Shown one piece after another: positions 15,302 through 31,299 of a DNA stretch of 64,000 bases. Source of the stretch: Paramecium tetraurelia (Eukaryota); assembly GCA_000165425.1 (NCBI GenBank), contig CT868540.1, positions 434,001-498,000 of the forward strand. The letters run 5' to 3'. Position 1 is the stretch's first letter, and every line of letters starts with the position of its first letter. Below the pieces are notes generated by a model. The model did no database searches. It was not told the origin of the DNA and saw only the letters and a program-made list of their open reading frames with translations. The translations under genes and the position numbers were made by a program.

Positions 15302-15740
15302 TCATTTCCCGAAAACTTCGCAATCAGAATAATTCAAATATAGGAATTCATCTTCTTTATCTTTATATTTATTGTATAATTCTTGAAGTGTGATATCTAT
15401 TTTTATTTGGATTAAATACCATCGGAGATTATATTATTTCCGCAATAGAAAAACAATGTTTATTAAGGGGATAACGAAAGTTTGGCCCTGATTTAGTTTT
15501 TAAAATCAGAAAACTTAACCGTTTAATTGACCAAGAATCTATTATACTCTAAACAAAATACTATGGTCTTGTTAATGACATTATCTTGGCTTTTGGATGC
15601 TTTTAAACAACCATTGGTGTCATCTCAGGGTATTTTTCTCTATATTGCTATACTCTCTTCTTTCGGTCTTCTAATTTATGCTGTGCCTTATAGTCCTTCA
15701 CACTTTGATTTTTAGTGATATCCAACTATTAGCTATTCAT
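15302..15740 (-). CDS. ATG8: ATG8/GABARAP-family ubiquitin-like protein (divergent)
   Basis: YKAQHKLEDRK...REKYPEMTPMVVQK...TLFFYC...KDKEDEFLYLNYSDCEVFG-K. C-terminal Gly retained. Two 23-nt introns. Confidence 0.9.
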
Positions 15741-16534
15741 TATTTTTTTATAATATTTTGAAATTAATATCTGAATAAAATACTCCCTAATTAATTAAGT
15801 TAATTATGAGTTAAAAGAGAAATACACATTCAATACTATACAACTCTATATCTAAGTTACTTCACTTAATTTTGACAAAATATTATAGAATAATTATAAT
15901 TTTAAATAATTCATTATGATAATAGAATTTATTAAATACTATATATATTGTTATTTAAAAGATTAAAAGTTTAATAATCTTATAAAGATCACAGATAGCA
16001 TGGAAACTCATTTTTTGTTATTATATTCATATAGCTTAATATTTAGGTGAGTTTATTTGAAAGGGGTCTACTTTTTATTTTAGTTTGAAATATTGTTAAT
16101 AGTTGTACATTAATAAATATATAAAATGCTTGTATATCTTTTTATTTTTACATTATAACAAGGAAGATTGAAAAAATTTGTGGGACGTATTTTAAAATAT
16201 TCTAAAAATCAGATATTAACAATCAATTTTTAATTTACATATTTAATTGTTTATTAGATTAGTAAAGCAACCTAATTTCCTAATTTAAATCTTAAATCAT
16301 ATCCCCTTGGGGAATATTTCATTTCAGAAGATTCTAAAGTTTGTTGAAATATATTTTTCATATACTAAACCTTTATAAATAGAATTGTTATTTCAATATT
16401 CAACTGTTGGGACGATAAATTTGTCAATGCCATTTTTTCTACAATAAGGTTATTAGGTAATTATTCAATTTTCACTTCCTTCTTTATAATACTTTAATTG
16501 ATAATAAACAAATATATCTTTAATCAATACTTAT

Positions 16535-17056
16535 ATGGAGAATTTTTAAAATATTACTAAGATTCAAGGTACAAATTACTAATTGTTTGTTCGTAAAGCT
16601 TAAGTCAGACAGATCAATGACATTCAAAGAGGGTATCCGATTTACGGATGCAAAATGAACATCCAACAATCTCCAAGAATGAATTATCCAATAAAATTCA
16701 AAATCTCTTTCGATAAACAATAAAAAACTAAATCGAATTCTGTAAATCATGAACAAAATCATACTATTGGGCAATTAACAAATGGGTGTCACATTTATCA
16801 ATAATACATAAATGAAATTATTAATAAGAAAAAAAATACTACCCTCAGCACTATTGAATAAAGTATCATTTAGAATAAACAAAATAAATAAGATACATAA
16901 TTTCAATAAGATAGAAGCTTTATTATGCCAAAATTGGTTCAACAAAGGAAATATAAAAGAAAAATATTATAGAAATAAATAGTAACTGAGTGTTCTTTAA
17001 TTGATGACTTAAAGCCATGGGAATCATACCATAACTCTTTAGCTCTGTTTCAATGA
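16535..17056 (+). CDS. hypothetical protein (173 aa)
   Basis: Intronless ATG-TGA ORF, Q/K-rich, ending ...DDLKPWESYHNSLALFQ. Confidence 0.65.
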
Positions 17057-17100
17057 ATCTTTGGTAATATTGATAAATTCTTTTAAAATTTTCATATTAA

Positions 17101-18386
17101 TCAGAATAAATTATTCTCCTCTACGAAGCATGTTACTACTTCTATCTTTGTTGCAATGATATTTTAGACGTCTCTAATGATGGCAATCTATTTATCTCTT
17201 TCGATAGTGTTTTATTGGTATTATAATTCATACTCTTAACATTATTAGTTTCTTTATTGATTTCCATTCTTAGCAGCATTGAATTCCTAATTTATTAATA
17301 ATAATATTAAGTACAGCATGAGCATCCCTAGATCTCTTATCTTATATATCTCTATTTCTAATTGTCTCTTATAAGGCTTCTTCATCACTTGATTTTTCTC
17401 TTGTCAAACTTTCAATGGCATTAAAGATAGCTGCTAAAATAGTATCAGTATCCTAAAAAGTAGAGAATATATTTATACTCTGGCATTCTTAGCTTCTGCA
17501 TCTTCTTCTGCTTTGATACTTTCCTTAATTGAATCTCTGATTGCTTCCATTTTTTCAATTAAAGTCTGGACAGCAGTTGGTTCCAAAGTTGAAGTTAATG
17601 CAACCATAGCAGTAATTGGGTTTTCTTCACTTTAACATAACTTAAGATACATACCCAATTTTTGCTAATTAAACTAAGGCTTCATTGATTGCCTCTTCCT
17701 CAATGAAGGATCCAGCTTTGTGTTATGCAGCTACATCCCAAACTTAATGCAATTTTGGAAGGATAACTTCAAATGCTTGAACCATCTCTTTCATTTAAGT
17801 TGTTCTTGTTGAAAAATCTAAATTATCTTATCTTCTAATATCTCTTAAGGTGTCATCTTTGGCTTAGAATACTTTAATTTATCTAGCCTTCTCATTTATC
17901 TCTGCTTAATAAACTGCAATGGCTTCATTCAATCTCTTTGCTTTAAATTCTGCATCTTTGATTTCATTAATTGACAAACTGATTCTTTGACTATAATTCT
18001 AAAGATCCTTCTTGCATTAAGACCCTATCTATGCTCTTTCATTGTCGGCATCAATTTATTTACCCTATTCAAATCACAAAACAATGGTACTTCCAAATCT
18101 CCTTTTAAGTCATTCAGCAATTTACTAACAGCACTTAAGGATTCATTTCCTCTCAATTACAAGGCTATTGTCTATAAGATCTTTGATCCAAGTGGATGGT
18201 CTTAAATCTCTTCCAATTTAGAATATGATGGATCATCTTAAAGTGTAAGCTTTTTGTGATCTAAGATACTCAAACAATTATACTCTTCTCAAAAGCTGAA
18301 TGTTCTTCATCATTTGAGTGTTTCTTGCATACAATTGGATGTGTAAGCAAGCACAAAGCAATTACTAATGCTACTAAAATTTTCAT
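17101..18386 (-). CDS. trichocyst matrix protein precursor (TMP / Grl-like secretory granule protein)
   Basis: Signal peptide MKILVALVIALC; HPLGSKILQTIALQL; long acidic coiled coils with spaced Cys; NPITAMVAL. Five short introns. Confidence 0.88.
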
Positions 18387-18487
18387 TAATTTATAAACTA
18401 AGCGTTTTTGAATATAAAAAATATCCTAGATTAATAAATCAAGAGAGTATAATATACAATAGAATTATCAATAGAGTATTTATAAAA

Positions 18488-19531
18488 TCACAATCTTATC
18501 ATTGAATTTCCATAGAGTATTTATCCCATTGGCACTCTTATGCTAGTCGATGCATTTCTATTTTGAGATACCTTGAATTAGGCTATATTCTAAGTATATT
18601 AAGAAGAGGCAAGAGTATTTTATATTGAATGATATTGAACCTACTATTACTGATATTTATTAGAATGATCTTGCAAAATTCTAAAATATAATTATTATTA
18701 ATTATTTACTTAATTAAATCTTAATTTTATAATTATTATTTCTATTGTTAAACTTGAAAACATTAGTAAGACTGATTCTAACTTAAATTTGTTTAAATCA
18801 CTTTTTATGTTGTCGATGAATTCCCTCTTTTCAATGGAGTTTATCCTTGAGAAACATTTGCTACCTGCTTAATTGGTGTAGATAATAATGAATTGTTTCT
18901 AGTTTGCACATTTTACTACTACTACTCAATAATAATGGGTTTTTGGATAAGAGTTGGTTGAACATACTCTAAACTTTGATCTCTTTAAGGTACTTAAATC
19001 TATTAACTACCAATAAATGAGGATTTGAGAGGTTTCTCAAAGGATTGATGTAATGATTAGTATTATTAAAAATCGGAAGAATTTTATAATCTTGATGCAT
19101 TAGATACTTTGAATTAAATTGAGTGACTGTTCTGATTTCTAAGGACTTGTTATGAACAATTGATTGAATGACTTCTTTATTTTTAAGGAAGTTACTCTGC
19201 CATCATTTTTATTTAAGGTTTTTTTTATAAATCGTCGAAACTCTTATCATTGATATTCTCAACTTAATCTATTATTTTATCACCAAAAGATGCTGTCACC
19301 TTCTTTAGAGGTATACAGTTTTCTTTGTACACTGAATTTATTTTACGTAAATTTAGTTTAGGAATTGGTGCTTCTTTCTGAATTTTATCTTTCCAACTAT
19401 GAGGATTAGGAACAACATGTTGTAAATTATTTAATCTATAATTAATATCCTATAATGTGGACCTCAGCAATTCACAACTAAGATCTGACCTATTATAAAA
19501 TTTGACAATATTACTCTTAACGAATTGACAT
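18488..19531 (-). CDS. hypothetical Q/N/S-rich protein
   Basis: Continuous frame after a 25-nt first intron, ending ...GNSMIRL-TGA. Confidence 0.7.
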
Positions 19532-20503
19532 ATAAAATTTATTAATAATATATATTGCTAATTATTACTTTGATATTAATTCTCCTTATGAAACTGATGA
19601 CAAAGATTTAATTAGTTTCCGACTTTAAATTTGAAAAGATTAAGCTCTATTATTTTGTCACAATTACTTTAAAATTTGCAAAGAATTCAAGACTAGTTGA
19701 AAAATAATTACCAAAAGTTCAACGAAAAATGACAATCTCATGATTTGATTATATAGTTTCAGTAGATCTGGAATCATTTCTCAACGCTAGGGATCAAAAT
19801 TTAGTTCGTAATTAGTTCTGAGGTTATTAAATTTTCTAATATAAAATACTGTTAATAGAAAATATAGATATGTTTAATATTGTATCATATTTTGGTTTAA
19901 ATAAGAAGGATAATAATAATTTATTTTTCCATAAATCGACCACAAAATTATAAATTATTCGAATTACCAATTCTCCAATTATCTATGTTATTGATTAATA
20001 ACTATAAGACATTACAATTAAGCACTTGGAGGAATGCGATCTTAAAAACAGAGTGTTTATTTTTTATGTTATTGTTTAGTTTTACTATAAGTTCAAATTT
20101 AGAAATTTGGTATGAAAATTATCTAAAAAATGACAGAAAGTCAAAGTTATATAATTTTAGATATTATAACATATTTCATATTTCGCATAATTGATTGAAT
20201 TGGGTTAAAGTGAAATTACAACTTGTGTGGCTAAAATTCAAGTTGCTCAATATGAGCTTAAAGCGAACCTAGTATGCGATAAAAATTGCTCGAAAGTCAA
20301 GTAGAAGGGAAGAGGTTCAATAGAGATGAATTTTTCATTAAAAGTGGGGATTTAAGTATTACTATTTTTATAATGGATTTTTTTAAATTAATCATTTTTA
20401 TAATCATCATAAATATCTTGTATTATAATCGAAATCCCAACATATTAATTTGAGATTCTAAAATATTAAATCAAACATATATAATAAAGATATTAAATAG
20501 ATA

Positions 20504-21090
20504 TCATGATATCATTTCTTAGTGTTAATTTTTAAGTGTCCTCAAAAGAGACAATAGTTTGTCTTCTATTTTTTCTGTTTTAATATCTTATTTTATGGTT
20601 TTAAAATTTTATTTCGTTTGTAAGTTTTAAGTCTTGATACCAGAGTGTTCTTACTTAATACATAAACTGAGATTGTCAAGGACTATTTATTTAAGCTAAG
20701 CATTGACATCATTGTTCAAACATTGGATTGTTTAATTTTATTATGAATACATTATGATATTTCCAGTATTAGTATTGACTAAGATTGTGGCTCCATCCCA
20801 AATTATCTTCTTCCTTCTCTTTTTTTGGGCAGTTAAATAATTAGTAGTGTCACTGTAGTAATTCCTTAATATATGTTTAGCAGATGAATATTTAACTTTG
20901 TGAATGATGGCTGCCTAGGTGATTATACAAAGATTACTACTTAATAAATGGGTAAACGATCTTTAACTACACTATATACCAGATTTGCTTTGGTATCTGA
21001 ATCAATAGGTTTCCTCTTTTTGATTTAATTCGTCTATAGATTGGCTTACTTTATTTGCTTGTCACCCTTTTCTACTTCTGGGAAGTTCAT
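20504..21090 (-). CDS. small helix-turn-helix (homeodomain-like) DNA-binding protein
   Basis: KKRKPIDSDTKANLVYSVVKDRLPIYQAAIIHKVKYSSAKHILRNY, then a basic KKRRKK. One 26-nt intron gives 186 aa. Confidence 0.75.
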
Positions 21091-21321
21091 GATTAGACAA
21101 ATCTGTAAAATAATATAATGTGAAAAAATTAGCATTATTCATTATTAGTATTCGAATAATTAAAATTTGATTCTCAATACTATAAATATAAGAGTAATTT
21201 TTTATTTGATAAATGTATAATTGCAAAGGTTTGAGAAGAACTGCATATAAAAATACAAGATATTAAAAATTAATAAATTTATGATATTAAAGAATAATTT
21301 ATTAAAAATAAACATAGTTAT

Positions 21322-22823
21322 TCAACTTACTTCATCTTGAAAACATTCGAAAATTAATTCTCCTTGTTCATTTTCATATTCCCTAATCCTATCTTCAGTC
21401 TTCAACTCATTCAATTCCAGAGTTTCCGAATTATCAAGCGAAGTGTCCTTTGGATGGAACATATGGGCACATAGATCTAAAACTGTTTTTTTGTCGATCT
21501 CTGCAGCTTCGTTCTCTAATGTAATAATATAATCTAACTGTACCTGTATTAATAACACTGTAATATTCAACAAATTAGCTTATTCTATCAACAAATCTGC
21601 ATTCCTCCATTTACTTAGCAAAGTTCTCCTTGCTCAGATAAGACAAACAAATCAGAACATGCATCAAAACTGAAACCTAAATTTAATCTTTAATGAATTT
21701 CAATAACTATTCCATCACCTAATGGGCAAATCTTGGTTGATGTTCCAAATACTGCAAAGTGTAAGGAGTGTGTATGATATTGGCTAATGTAGCAGAAGCA
21801 AAATCAAGACAAAATACGTGAATCTTCGCATTTACTGACTTTTAAATTAAGTTAATAATCCATTAAATCAATTCATTATGCACATATGTCGGTATGACTG
21901 TATCTTTAATGCTTGCCTTCTATAAGATTGCTAAACAAAATCTCTATGTTACGGAACCGTTTTCTTACTCCTTTAAAATCTTGATTATTTTTTCCACAAT
22001 AATCATATTTCCATTATAAGTCAAGTATTCCACCCCTCTTAAAGTGCTGCTTATTACACTGATCAGACTTGTTATTGCATGTCTGAGACTTTAATTGTTG
22101 ATATCCAATAAATGAACTACAAAATCAAATTTATCTGTGGCTTCAATATTAAACACATCATTCCTGATTAATTCATAGACTAGATTCTTTCTTAATTCAG
22201 GTGCAATTTACAATGCATTTACTCTTAATGAAAGCAATACTTCTATCATACCGTCTACATGCTTATCCTAAAAGTTCTTTAATAACTTGGTCTTATGCTC
22301 ATGCATCACTTATTCAGTAATCAATTCTGTTCCTTCTGGTTTACCTTCATTGATTATGACTTTGTGATATTTTCCTAGTTGAATTTTATAATTTTCTAAG
22401 GTTTCACTAAGATTTTCATTCTTAGCTGTTTCTTTTAATGAATGAAGTAATTGCAATAGGTTAATGCTAACTGAGAATATTTATCTGCCTGCTTGTAATA
22501 TTTATTGGTATTTTTTATTGAATTACTTTTATTCCTTTTCTAAATTGATCTCTCTTTTAGTTTTGTTATTATCGCTTTTCAACAATTAGAATATACGAGG
22601 GACATCCTCGCCTGTTTATTTAACGACTTATTATTTATTTAACATCTAGATGTCAATATTAATTATGTACTTTATTGGAAACCTATTTGCTCTTAATTTC
22701 TGCATCAAAGCATTCCAGGGTATTGGAATAATTAGAGTATCTTAAGTACTCCTTAATATATTCGTTGATTTCATTACTATCAGGTAGAGAGGACTATCCT
22801 GAATTTGAATTTGCACCTCTCAT
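21322..22823 (-). CDS. ARMC9: LisH + armadillo-repeat protein, ARMC9-like (ciliary)
   Basis: N-terminal LisH (INEYIKEYLRYSNYSNTLECFDAE), then LIRNDVF, STLRGVEYL, TQRFCLAILQKASIK, ATLANI. Two introns. Confidence 0.82.
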
Positions 22824-22920
22824 AACAATATTTGAATAAATTATATTACCAAAATTTCCTATAAATTAATTTGTATATATACATATAAGAATAAATTTTT
22901 ATAAAAAAAGATATTTATTT

Positions 22921-26184
<3,264 letters not shown>

Positions 26185-26231
26185 TGATTTAATTCTGTTG
26201 TACAATTTCATATAAATATTAAAAATAAAAT

Positions 26232-27287
26232 TCATTTTATCAAATTTGTTAATTTTTCAATTAATTCTTGATTTTGACTTTCCGAGTATGCTTTAGCAAC
26301 CAAGACATTGAGAGTCTAATTTGGTAATCTATCCTTTACTTACATCAACTCAATCACGTATAAAATCAGATCATCTCCAGACAATTACATTTCATATATA
26401 TCTTGTTCTAATTTGGAGTATAATTGTTATGATCCTAATTATTTTCTAGCCATAGATACATAGATGGAGATCATGTTCTCAATTCTAATGTGTGAATTAA
26501 TAATATAGTATTCTATTTCTGCTTCGCATAATTCTAATGAAGCAACATTTTATTGGGTTATAACTTGTAATGATTATGTGAATAGATCTTCATTTATAGT
26601 TTTTAATTATTTTCTAAATTATTCAATAAAATCATTCCAAAACTCAACATTACCATTATTTGTCAATCCCATTCCTGTTGCTATACGCATATAAGAATGA
26701 AAGTCCTTCTCCAACTTTAAGCAATGTGAGGCTATATCATCCCATAATTACTTGTCCTTATATTATCCCAATGCCAAACCAATACAAGCGGCACCCAATT
26801 ATTCTGCATTTGTTTTGGTTACATCAAATTCATTAACAAATTTATTCATTATTTGTATGTTCTAATAGTCATAAAAAGCAACCATCTTGCCCATGATTGA
26901 CAATCCCATTGCATATTATTGGCAACTCTCTATGATTTATTCTATTTCTTTGACCTGCTCCTTTGATAAATTTGAAGTTGGTAAAATGATTTTATCTAAG
27001 AGTTAGTATCTGATTTGTTGATCTTCAACATTCTTGATAGCCGTCAATAAATAGTCGGTGTTGTCATCATCCACTAATTAGTCCTGCTTCATTAGATCCA
27101 CAACACAATTTAATTGTTCCCCATTTAATTATGGGAATTGTTGTCTTGTATCTAAAATCAACTATTTGAACTCTCTCTATCAACATTATTCAATACCTTA
27201 ACAACTTATGTCATGTTTCCCTTTGAATTTCATTAACTATTCTAACCTTGAACTTCTCATAACTAGCTTCATAAAATTTCGCAGCAT
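26232..27287 (-). CDS. hypothetical alpha-helical protein, possible mitochondrial presequence
   Basis: MLRNFMKLVMRSSRLE..., one short intron near 27180-27197, then about 310 open codons to TGA. Confidence 0.7.
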
Positions 27288-27543
27288 TTAAAATAAAAAT
27301 AGCACCAGAAATATAATTTATAAACATACTTAAATACTACGTTTTCTTAGATATTACTTAATAAAATCAAACCCAGAACTCTTAGTGATTATAAAGGAGT
27401 TCAACTTTGAATCCAAAAATTTGGGGAATTCTTAAAATTGCATTCATCTAATAATATATTATTATTTAGTTGTATAGGAATTATTTATAGCGCTTCTTTG
27501 AATCCTGTAAATAAATTCAAATAATTCGCAGGCTTCGACTAGA

Positions 27544-30380
27544 ATGAGCAGTCAAGAACAACATCAACAAGCAATCAATGAAAATGAAATGGCATATGAT
27601 TCAAACCAAGCTACAAGCAAGAAAGCTCTTAAGCAAAAGAAACTAGACATCAAATAGGAACCAAAAAAGCCGATTGATGGAAAACAGTAGTTTGGTGATA
27701 AGTCTATATGTCGACTCTGCTAGGTATCAACAAAGTCTACACTTACTATTATTTGCATTCGTTGTCATTTCAAATATCATCAGGAATGCATACGCAAATA
27801 AAACAAAGAACCTCAATTTGAAGATGGAATAAAATGGCATTGTTTGTCTTGTATTTGATAGGATAGCAAAGAGAAAGCTCAAGGAATCGAAACCCTCAAA
27901 AAAGAAACAATGCAACCAGATACAAGATTTCTTTTAAAAAACAGTTCAACCCTAGGAAGACAAAATCAAGAAGCTTACTGAATTTCAATTGCTTTATCCA
28001 ACCTATATACAATAAGGCAGAGTCATCTTTCCTATTTTGGATGAATATTTGACAGCCTACCAAGGATTGTTTAACATTGAGCCCAAAAAGAAACCCGCCC
28101 TTCACGTTGACCCGGCAATTCCCTAAGAAATTTTTGAAGATGTGCTCAAAATTTGGGATGCTTACAATAATATGAACAAAATTGTAAGTGACATTCTTCA
28201 AGAACAACAGATAAAATGTATATCTATTCCCTATAAGGTTTAGCATAATCGTAGTCAAATAATATTGGCACCTTGATTCACTTTCAAGATAATCATACAT
28301 TATATAATCAAAAATCAAGAATAGAAATCTATGATACTCTATAACATAATCCACAAGAAATAATCTTATTTTTTTGTTATTTCTACTTAAAATAAATTAT
28401 TGAAGATTTAGATATAGAATAAATGCAAAAATAATAATATGTATTGTATATTTAATATAAAAGAAAATACCCTATTGGTAACTAATGGGATACATGTGGT
28501 ATACAAATAGACAGAGGTACTATCAATTGTTAAGAGACGATGTAAAATCCTTACCAACTAATATTTTTAAATAAGGAATTCTATATCTCCCAGATTATTT
28601 GATTGATTTTGGTGACTATAAAAATGTAAACAAACTGGCAAAGTTGGTTATAGCATTGGCTGATGGAATAGAATCATTAAAGAGAACATAATTTCTATAC
28701 TAATACAGAACTGAAAACATACTCTCCAATAATAGGATGAAAACTTAACTAGGAATGTAGATCAAGGAGCAAAGAAGTAAATAGATGGAAACTAATAAGG
28801 AAATAATAGAATCTGAAGGGAATTATCAAATGGCAAAAGTAAAATATATGGTTATCTTTAGTCCAAGTTATTAGAAGATGGATTGAGTAGAGCGGAAACA
28901 TAAAAGTTTATCAAACAAAAGGAGAGTGCACAAAAACAATGTCAAAAATTAAAATAGTAATTTCAAAAACTAGAAAAGGAAATAGATAACCTAACTGAGA
29001 GATATCATGAATAAGAGAAAGTATTGTTATATTCATATATTTAAGGAATTGGCAATCATATAAATTTCATCCTTGGTATTAAATCCCTCAGTGTTTTTAG
29101 GATATGATAGCAGGAATAGTTCATACTATTTCTTTCTTTGGGAATCAGACAAAATATTTGCCTGTATGAGAAATTCGATTATTGATGATGAGGTTTCTTA
29201 GTGGGGTTATTATGATTTAAAAGATGTTAATGTATTAATGGAAGTACTTTGTCAGAAGGGAGTTAAAGAAAATTCATTAAGAAATAACATTTTGGAATTA
29301 CAAAGAGCAAAACTATTGATAGTTGAGTAGAAGGAGGAAGAGGAAGAAGAAAAGGAAGATAAATTGAAGAACTCAGAGAACAATAGCGAGTAGGATGTTG
29401 CATAAAACAATAGTAGTAGTGCAAAGGATCAGAAAGTCAATAGTTTAGAAAACTTAGACATTGATATGTTAATATAGGAATTTTTAGATATTGAAAATAT
29501 GTTGACTGAGTATCTAAATCAAAGGAACTCAAGATGGTGCAGCAGTGAAATTAGAAACTCATTTTTAAAGAGTTTTTAGAATGTTATTTAAAAAAGAATA
29601 GACAAAAATTATAATGAATACGACCTTGCTCCTTTTTGTAAAGCAATTGAATATTTTGTTGATAATACTATGATGTAAGAAAAATTAGAATTAAGACCGG
29701 ATGAGGAAATAAATGGAGATGAAAAACTTTAATTAAATAACGAGGATGAATCATATTAGCAATAGAATAGAAGAAGGAAAGTTGTAGAAGATGACTCATC
29801 GCCTGAATAACCAATATAAACTGCAATTTAATAGTTAGAATAATTAGATATAGGAAAGGTGAGAGTTAGAAAATTGCCGATGAAATTGTTTGGCACGTAT
29901 TATGAAACATTGAGATTGAATTTAATAGAATAATTAAAATAAGATTGCAATCTAGTCAAATTGAAGATATGTTTAGAAGTCCTTGGTTAAATAGTGTAAG
30001 ACTACATAAATAGAAAAATTACGCAATAAATAGTGACACAAATACCTGAGAAAAAGAAAGTAGAGGAAGTGCATATAAGCAAATAGGTTTAAATTGAACC
30101 TGCAGTGGTAGAACCTGAAATTAAAGTGTAAAACTTAAGATAGAGAGTGAAGACTTAGTCATAATCAATTTATGTGGAGAGCAAATGGGAAGATAGATGC
30201 AACAAATGTGGGTAAGGTGGCAAAGTCATTTGTTGTGATACTTGTCCTAAAGTATTTCACACTAAGTGTTTAGGACTGAAGGAGGTACCAAAAGGAAAGT
30301 GGAATTGCCTGGTTTGTTTAAGTAATTTCGAGAGATAAGTCAAAACCAGAGCAACTATAAAAAAATTAGAAAATAATTGA
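27544..30380 (+). CDS. PHD - DDT-like - WHIM/WSD - PHD chromatin protein (ACF1/BAZ/BPTF-like ISWI partner)
   Basis: N-terminal C4HC3 finger; FEDVLKIWDAYN (DDT-like); LGYDSRNSSYYFF and WGYY...LMEVLCQKGVKENSL (WHIM2/3); C-terminal CNKCGQGGKVICCDTCPKVFHTKC...WNCLVC. One apparent extra T at 27854-27856. Confidence 0.85.
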
Positions 30381-30406
30381 ACCATCGTTTTTATTATTAT
30401 TAAATA

Positions 30407-31163
30407 ATGATTTGTGATATAATTGATATTCCACTCCTTACACCTTCTTAAAAAGTTAGAATTTCTTATTCTAATACTACGGCTTCTCCAGCTAGTTCTA
30501 GTGATTCATCATTTGAATCCAAATAAATTCCTAACTTGCAAATTCCCAGACCATTATTAAGTCAAGATGAAAAATTTGAAGCCTCATTTTGCTCCTTTGG
30601 TATTGTGTTTTACATATGAGACTTCAAACTATTAATGCCTAATGAAGGAAGTCTTTTCACTTAAAAGTTACTCACTTAAGAACTTATCGAAATGAGGTTT
30701 ATATTAGATTAAAATGAAAGACAAATTTATTGAAAGCTACAACCCTTTTATTACAGTTTAGAAGTTTATGAGGAAAATGTAGTTTTGTTGTTCCTTATTG
30801 CAGATACTTAGTGATGATAGAACTACTTTAATGCTTAAGAATCTTCCTAAATACATGAGACCAAGTGATCTAAAAAATCTCTTAGACATAGACTTTAAGT
30901 ATTAATTTGATTTTCTCTATTTACCATCTGATAATAATGTAAATAGCCTAATGCTATAATTAGTAAGAAGGGAATTTAGGCTATGCATTTGTGAATTTCC
31001 TTTATCCACAAACAGTATTATAATTCTTTAAGAAATACAATAATAACAAATGGAGTATAAATGATAAAGTAGACAAAGATATTTATTATAAAAGCAAATC
31101 TGCCTATTGAAGTATGCAAAATCACAAGGGAGAAGAGATCTTATGAACTAAGTAGTTGAATGA
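30407..31163 (+). pseudogene. Mei2-like C-terminal RRM protein with an in-frame TGA upstream of the RRM
   Basis: DDRTTLMLKNLP, FDFLYLPSD, NLGYAFVNF, YAKSQG. In-frame TGA at 30731-30733 is not removable by a normal-size intron. Family is certain; pseudogene status is not. Confidence 0.6.
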
Positions 31164-31299
31164 CTCCATTTATTCAGAAATTTTGATGATTTTTTGTTTT
31201 GTTCAAATTTTGAGAGTAAACAACCTTACCCATAGTTTAATTAGTTAAATTTATATTTAACAATAATCAATTTATTAATTATATTAATCATCTTAAATT

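Noticed and set aside
30731..30733. Selenocysteine codon in the Mei2-like gene
   Set aside because: No redox motif context and no SECIS-like hairpin visible in the short AT-rich 3' region.
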